From Eledone cirrhosa (lineage: Eukaryota), in the NCBI GenBank assembly GCA_964016885.1, contig OZ024749.1, forward strand, positions 49,786,001-49,850,000: 64,000 nt of DNA, in the 5' to 3' direction. Shown piece by piece: positions 56,291 through 64,000 of this stretch. Within the stretch, counting starts at the first letter, position 1. Every line of letters begins with the position of its first letter. The notes under the pieces are model-generated. The model made no database searches and was not told the DNA's origin. It was given only the letters and a program-made list of their open reading frames with translations. Made by a program: the position numbers and the translations under genes.

Positions 56291-57870
56291 TGTCTTGCCA
56301 TGACCAAAACTACATATAATAGGTAGATTTCTAAACGTAGACATGTTGCATAATGTTAGCAAAATTAACAAACAAAATGTGAATATTCACTTCATGCTGG
56401 AAATAATTCCATGCAAAATTGTATATTCTACGAGGATATTAAACAGCAAACAGTCAGCATTTCTTTTCTTCATTTAATATCATTAATATAGAATACTTCA
56501 AAGTAGAAATTAAATTAAATACAAATAAGTGAAAATATATTTTCTCTCAAATTGAATTCAATCCAAACATATTTTAGTCATCATATGAATAGAAATGAAA
56601 CTTCATATTAATGCATTTCATACGGAATAGAATGATATTATTTTTGCTTCTTTCAATTATAACAATATATAATACAAGCTAAAACATTATAAACTGGAGA
56701 GCAGGAAATTGTATTCACCTTAAATAAAATTAGAATGTCAAGAATGATGTCAACGTAAGGAATGTGGTTCTTGAAGATTCATAACAAAGTGTTGTATATG
56801 ATATGTGCATAATCTAGCGAAAACTATGTTTGATGTGGGCGATGTGGCGTTCGTCTTTACATAGCCCCAGGCTAAAATGAGACAAATTTGTTGAAGCTGT
56901 GTCTGCCCCTGAACAGAAAAATATTATGAATAATATGTAAAACTAGCATTGGACTCATTAACTGTTTGCTTTACTTAATATTACTCCTGTGAAGAACGGA
57001 CACTCCTCGCATACTTGCTGGCATTCCAAATGAAATCTCTCATTATTTTCGTGCATAAACACTGAATAAAAGGTTCTGTGAAAACTTTAACTCATATGCA
57101 GCGCTACTGTATGGGTATGTTTTGCTAATGCTGATGTATACTTTCATTCGTGTACCCAATTCTTTATATTTTAGTGTGGTGTATTTTAAATAACCTTCAA
57201 TTGTACATGATGCATTAAATTATGAAACGTTTGGAAGATTATCATAAATGACTGCATTTATTACATAACGTCTCCATAACACATATACTGCCATAACCTG
57301 GTGTAGTACCATCTACTTGTTAATTTAAAACATATATTTATGCCCCATAAAGTAAAGCAGATTCTAATGTAGCTATGAACAATCTAACCTTCGCTATTCT
57401 TGGTAGCTTGAAGCTCCATATATTCGTTTTGAATTCATGACGTGTTGTCCAGGTGAGCGGCATTCTTACAATATCCAGAAGTTTCAGCATAATGGTTTAC
57501 TCATTACCTATACTTGGGAGTATGAAGAAACATTTCTGTTATAAAATGATATTGTGTTTGTTTAGAAGAGATGTTCAGATTATTTGGAAATAATTTAACG
57601 TTATATAAACAGCAGCTTGTAAGATATGATTGAGTCTATAATAAAACATCGAACATATATACATGTAGGAATATGTCTATGAATATTATCCGGTTCACGG
57701 CCCCATTACACTCTCATCATATACAAAACTAAATTAGGCAAATAGTCCTACAGCGCATAAATTAAGAAACCTGCGAGGATCAGTTGTGCATGCGGCCCAC
57801 CCATGATGACAATACTAACAACCGGACACACAAACAGAAGATAATATATATGTTCTTTTGAGCTATAGGC

Positions 57871-57925
57871 CTGATAGCATCTGTAATATTGGCGATATCT
57901 GCTGATAGCATCTGTAATATTGGCG

Positions 57926-57928
<3 letters not shown>
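57871..57928. repeat. 27-bp direct repeat, period 31
   Basis: ctgatagcatctgtaatattggcgata at 57871 and 57902. Confidence 0.85.
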
Positions 57929-58011
<83 letters not shown>

Positions 58012-58015
<4 letters not shown>

Positions 58016-58180
58016 AACAAGTGTGACCCCGACGGCAGAGCTCAAGCTGTTTCGAATTAGCCGTCGTAACGGCTTGAGCTCTGTCGTTGGGGTCATACTT
58101 GTTCCTATTACCCACTGTACTACCCTAAGTACCTTGGTGCGTTACGGTCCATCTGGTTCCTTACCACATTTCCTTCGTTA
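58012..58180. mobile_element. Family D fold-back copy
   Basis: Short arm starts (TA)n|taggaacaag and the tail ends ttccttcgtta. Confidence 0.85.
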
Positions 58181-58228
58181 TGTATAAATATATATATAAA
58201 CATACTAATAAAATACGAAGATACATAA

Positions 58229-58259
<31 letters not shown>

Positions 58260-58266
<7 letters not shown>

Positions 58267-58750
58267 ATACTTTGGGAGGGTCATGTTGCCAATAAGAAAC
58301 ACACGCACCATCGCTTTCACTTCAATGTATTATAATAAATATATAAATTTATAAATTTCTGGTTGGTTGGTTGGTTCCACAACCAGATAGTTGTTTATAT
58401 ATAGTCATAGTTCTGTCGTCACACACTCTGTGACCTCTTCAGTGACTGGGGATTCCTTTCTTTGTTTCTGTGCCTCTCCTTTGTTCTGTCCTACGCCATT
58501 TTGTTTCTGTGTGTGTGCTGTGTGCTCAGTCTGCGCATGCGCCACATCCGGGTGTCTGTGTGTGTTTATGTTCATTTATTTATTTGTTTATTTACATGTT
58601 ACTGGTTGGTTGTTTGTTCTATGTGTGTGTGTTTTCATTTTGTCCTTAATTGTAAGTTGTGATGTTGCTGTTCCACTCATATTTTCTATTTAATTTTGGT
58701 TGTAATTCTTTTATGTTTATTGCTTCTGTAATTTGTCTAAACATTGCGTC
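58260..58750 (-). mobile_element. Family G single copy with decayed HHR at 58403-58447
   Basis: Colinear with 22046-22545. Minus strand: agtca CUGAAGA ggtcaca..tgtgac GACA gaac UA tgact. Confidence 0.85.
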
Positions 58751-60059
58751 TCTTCTGCGTGTAGATTCTATTTTTATTTCTATGTTCTCTAATTTACTCT
58801 TGTGTTTGTGTGGGGGTGGCGGTGTATGCGTGTGTGTGTGTAAACTTCAAATGTTTCAAGTCCGCAGCTACTTCCTTACAAAGAATAAGAAAGTATCGAA
58901 TCGACAAGTCAGTGCAAATAGCTTTGAACAACTATGAACAGGGATTAACAAAGTGGAGAGGTGCTTTTTAGAATGGAGAATACTGGTGAATAGCGACAAT
59001 TATCTACTCTACTGTTATTCTTCCTCTTACTACAACTACAACTACTACTACTACTAATATATATAACAATCGCTGCTACTGCTGTTGCTGCAGCTTGTAG
59101 AACTTTTGCTACTGCTACATCTGAAGCTATCGTGTATTTCAATTATAATTTCAGGGTCCTAGAGCGTGTTGGAACGAGATAATAAATTAGCGTTAGGTGG
59201 GTGATAATTGTTGCTCCCAAGAGGATATTTCAATTTTCAATTTTTGTGTTGAATGACCTAAAAATAATAGCTGCCATATTTGTAGATGTGTTGGAAATGT
59301 CATACCATTGATTGTCAGACCCTTCTATCTCACACTGTTCTGTACGCATTCGCATTGAAATGTTTCTTCACTCTATTCGTTTGAAAGCTGGAAGATTTCA
59401 CACATCAAATACAAAGTTATATATAGAATACATAATGACATTGAAAGGGTTCTTGCTTCCGAGATATTTCAGAGTTAATAAGATTGTCAGAAGGAGACAT
59501 TCTTATTACGAATCTTTACATTTTCCACATAAACAGTGTCATTTTGCTGATTCCAAGTGCGAGATGGAAAGTCTGCAAGTGTCAGGAAGTTAATTTAATT
59601 CAATTTTCTTTTTTAGTATTAGTAGAAATAAATGGAGTTGAAATGGAAGGTCGCATTCGTTTCGGCATCGGATAAATTTAAATGTTCATAAACTAAAGCC
59701 ATTTCTATAGTCAATTTACGAATTTAATGAGTAAACATTAGGCATAAGAGGTAAATCGACTGTACACCGAAAGACATTTATAAATAAGCCTGCGATATAT
59801 TAAATGTCCATAAATATAAAATGTTACCATAGAAGCAACAAAAATTCGGAATGCTGTATTATGTGACTCGGTATCTTTAACGTGTTTCAAGTGTATATGT
59901 GCATCTATGTTTCAGTGTGTGAGTATGTCTCTGTGTGTATGTGTTTATGTGTGTGTATGGGGGGGGGTAGCTGCCGAAAGATAGTACAGAGTACTCAGGA
60001 CCGAAGTAGAGTTTAAATGTTCATTCATGTTTACTAGTAAGAGTTATTAATCTGTAATT

Positions 60060-60640
60060 TCACCTGCCTACACGGAAGATCATAATATAACTCCTCAGTT
60101 GAAAGCCAAGAGTAACAAGCCTACCTAACTCAACTTTTTTTTCCTGGTAGGATCCAGGCGTCAGGCTACTCTGGCACGCTTTCAAAAATTCAAATATCTT
60201 CACTTGATTCGGCTGGAATCCCGACGTAGCCCAAATTACCTCATTGACGTTATCCAACTTCCAGGTCCGTTGTTCACAATCTATTCAGTACATGTTTGAG
60301 ATCCCCTTCCGGCAAGTGAAATACCATCTGCAAATTCCAGCCAATTGATTCTATTCACGCCGGTATTGGCACTCATTTCAACAGGGATGCACTTGTCAAT
60401 CCACTTCATGATATTATGAAAAGGAGATGTTGTACTTGGACCCATTGATGGCGTTCGTCTCGCACATTGACTGGTTTCGACTTCGCAATATTCAACAGAA
60501 ACACCTTTTGGAGATCCTCGAATCAGGTATACATGTCTTGGCAATTCTTCCACGATTTCCCGAATAACTCTCCCAAAATAGATATTTAGTTAGCTGCACT
60601 ACACTGATTTCAGGCTGTCTCCACTCCACACTATTCTAAA
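60060..60640 (-). pseudogene. Highly decayed non-LTR retrotransposon RT remnant
   Basis: FHNIMKWIDKC...INWLEFADGISL resembles the F..(D)W...L(E/D)FADD RT catalytic region. It is frameshifted. Confidence 0.55.
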
Positions 60641-63600
60641 TGCTTGAATCTAATAATAACAATATGGTCTTGCACATATAAGCTTGTATGTTACAGACCA
60701 AGTAGATGTCAAATCAGTGCTGTTGATTTATGTAGAGAGTATGGTTTTCAATTAGCAGACCTCACTCTTTTTAGGATTAGGGAACTATCTATGTCATAGA
60801 AGTGATGCATAATGTTCAAGCACTGCATATATACCTCTTGTAAAATTTTGGATATGTGCCTAATCTGAAAAAAACATTTTTGCTCAGCGAAAGAATACAA
60901 ACAAGATTTTTAATGCAATTTCGAAAATATTTAATATTCAGAATCCATATGATTATTATCATATTTATTTAAGCCGGTATATATTTAAGCAAATATACTT
61001 TATCTTCATTGTGCGTTAGTTGTTAGTATCTCATATTATGAGAAAAGCTGAAATTAGCTTTTTATATATTCTTCTAAGACGAAATATAAATATGTAATTC
61101 ATTTAATATTATTTATTTGCAAATAATTTATCAGAAATGTCTTTATATAATAATTGTGTATGTTTCTGTCACAGTAATAATATTTCGTGATAACGTTATC
61201 ACAATGGTATTTTTTGTACAGCTAATTTTATTTGGGCCAGTTACAGAGATATCGTTGTAAAATACATAATTGTCTTCGAAATTACAAATATATTATGCAT
61301 AGTTATTTCACTTATTTTATCGTTCTTCTTCCCTATTTCTAACTCATAGTAATATATATCTTATTCAGTATCGATTTACTTTAATCTTCTATCTACATTT
61401 CTGTATTCGTTTCATATATTCTTGTATATGTTATTAATATTCACGTTCTCCAAGTAATACATTTCATTTTTTTATTTTATTTCTATCATGTATCGTCAAT
61501 AACCTGATCCTCTGAAATTCATATTCATATCATTCGTCAATCATCTTCAGGTATTGCTATATATTAACATTAAAACAAACTACAAACACAAATCCTTCCG
61601 GTTGACAGAAACGTAAAAATAACATGCGAAGATATATCAGCGAGGAAAAAATAGAAATATCAAAAATAAAGGTTACAGGAACCTAAACGTAAATTACAGT
61701 ATATGTGAGAAAATTCTCTAAGAGATAAAACTCCTTTTATCCCCTACTTTATGCTGAAGGAAACATCACATTTATGACTGCCAGCTTCTATTGGAAATGA
61801 GATGAGAGAACCAGATATCCGTTTTCTGTAATATTACTGTCACATATATCCATGATTACTGTTGCAATGCGTCAAATACATATATTCTTGCCAATAAAAG
61901 TGTTGTCTTCACTTGATCATATGCGAGGAATATCGTCTACAATACCGTACATATTTTAATTGTCTTTTGTAGTTTTGTTTTCTTTTGCAAATATGACAGG
62001 AACTGAACCTCTTCCTTTGGTGACGAATATATTCTTTTGTTAAAGCAAAAACGGATATACTTGCACACCGTGTAAACAATATGTACTGCATTTGGCTACA
62101 ATCTCTGTGCTGATTATTGCGTACAAAAAATGCATATATTCTTATTCGTACATTAAAAAAAAATCAAGATCTTATATCCATATTTCTCACTGTGTCACAG
62201 ACTACGAAAGTAGAACAGACAATACACTCCAGAAAAATATTTTATTATTCAAAATGAAAGATATTCTCTTTCAGAATACATGCACAAACGAAGTTGGTAA
62301 GAAGACTAGATGTGGTTCTTAGATTTTACTCTATGACATGTTTAACATGACCATATTCATGAGTAAAAAGGAAGAATTTGCGAGATCTTTCTTCTTTTGA
62401 CATGTATGTTATTATCGACGGATTTATCGTTACGTGTGAATTTGAATCTGTCGTTAATGTCTATATTGTTCAATCACAGTTGAGCCAAACTATACAACTG
62501 TTTATCTCAGAAGTAACACGTTTACGTTTATAGTCTATTCAGGCATCATTACACTGTTTCAGAGGAAATTGAGACAACGAAATATAATGTAGAACGTATT
62601 GTTTACTTACGAATCTTTTATGGTTTTAATGTGAATGGGATGTTATTCTATCGCTTACCGTGGTCATGAAGATGTTCATTGATTAGCTCAGATATCAATA
62701 TTGAGACATTACTGAGTTACTGTCATCGTTGGGAAGCGAGATACGCGAGTCTTAACTTAAGAACATATAGTTATAATTAATGCTAGTTATAATTAATATT
62801 TTGATTAATACAAAATTAATTTGCAACATTAACACACAACTAAAAAAGAAATAATTTATTTAAAATGAAGCTATCAATAAGAGAAATGAGGGGACCAACC
62901 AATATCGTGGGAGATTTGTTTCATACAATAGAGATAAGAATGAAATATACATATATAATAGAGTTTCAATCTATGTTGTAGGTTAAAGATTCTTGGGGGT
63001 GAATCTTTATAATTATATAGATAGCAACCAGTTGAATCATCTTCTCGTCTAGAGTTAGGTTTATGAAATAACAAATTTATTTAAATATGTAGAATAAAAA
63101 CACAGATATTTATGCACGTTTTGCATGCTAAAATCAGCCGAAAACATACCGTTATTTTTTATCCGTTTATAGCGATAAGGATAAAATCATTAATCAATAA
63201 AGTTTTTATGGCTTTTAAAAACAAAATCACTTAAGTTTTCGATAATATTATTTAATGTGGAAATCACTGTTTTAATAACATTTATATCAACATAAATCAC
63301 GTGTCTCGGTTGTTCTATGGTGAAGAAAATGAAAAGTAACTGATATGATAACGCACATTCATATATAAAAATTCGGGTAATTTAACTTGGAATATGATAC
63401 ACAATTCTTATATTTTGTGAGAAAAGAAAGTATTCTTGAATAAATGGTTATTTATTTAGTGAGTAAATGATAATATATATCCCATATATTCACTGAATGT
63501 CTTTTCCGAACACAATATGATTTATATATATGACTGAATAATACATTATATTGGAAAATATTTTCTGCAATGTATGGTAGCACAAAGACAGTACATTCCG

Positions 63601-63883
63601 CTGCATCAGTGAACAATTGTAGTTTACATAGAAAATATTCATGATTTAACTACAGTTGTTCTTCTTCATATTCTTCTAAAGTTTTATTTTTTTAAATAGT
63701 TTCTCACAATGGTATTTGATAATAGACCGGGCGGTAATCTTCTAAATCCTCGGGCTTTAATCAGATTTTGTATTCAGTTATAAAAATGGCCTTCATTTTA
63801 ATCCTTTAGAGCAATATGAATATCCTATGGGAATTAATTATTACTGCTGCTCATGTGAAAATTACAGAGTCAAATATACAATA

Positions 63884-64000
63884 ATAATTGTTTCTACTTT
63901 AGGCACAAGGCCAGCCATTTACTAGTGCATTACTGGTACTGTATTTCATCGACCCCGTAAGGATGAAAGGCAAAGTCAACCTCGGCGAGATTTGAACTCA
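63884..64000 (-). mobile_element. Deu/Nin SINE cut by the window edge
   Basis: aattgtttctactttaggcacaaggccagc...gaccccgtaaggatgaaaggcaaagtcaacctcggcg. Confidence 0.88.

Noticed and set aside
56810-56920. Possible minus-strand exon after the acceptor-like ttttctgttcag
   Set aside because: It gives a short peptide with no recognisable homology and has no partner exons. It cannot be supported without RNA-seq.
57871-57928. CRISPR-like direct repeats (also the 30-bp pair at about 9000-9060)
   Set aside because: Only two units with no spacers, in a eukaryotic context. These are simple tandem duplications.

Overview
Very AT-rich, repeat-dense eukaryotic non-coding DNA with no supportable host protein-coding gene. 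Nearly all supplied ORFs are (TA)n/(CT)n read-through artefacts. The SINE types and the (TA)n density suggest a coleoid cephalopod, probably an octopod (inference). Recognisable content: about 12 copies of a tRNA-headed Deu/Nin-domain SINE (several with TSDs), one CORE-like SINE head, three RTE-type LINE remnants (one with a 5' inversion and a 13-bp TSD) and a Helitron 3' remnant. The main signal is about 21 type I hammerhead ribozyme (HHR) motifs, read by eye, in about 12 sequence families (labelled A-L here). Most sit in short non-coding elements embedded in or abutting (TA)n. Many share a fold-back layout, (TA)n-short arm-hinge-long arm-(TA)n, or form head-to-tail monomers of about 310-590 bp, as Penelope-like pseudo-LTRs and retrozymes do. 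Three families carry the U3-A8 core variant (UUGANAA). Four families share a pyrimidine mismatch at pair 4 of helix II. One copy turns around exactly at the predicted self-cleavage site. All structures were paired by hand, nothing was searched or computed, and element boundaries are approximate to about 10 bp.
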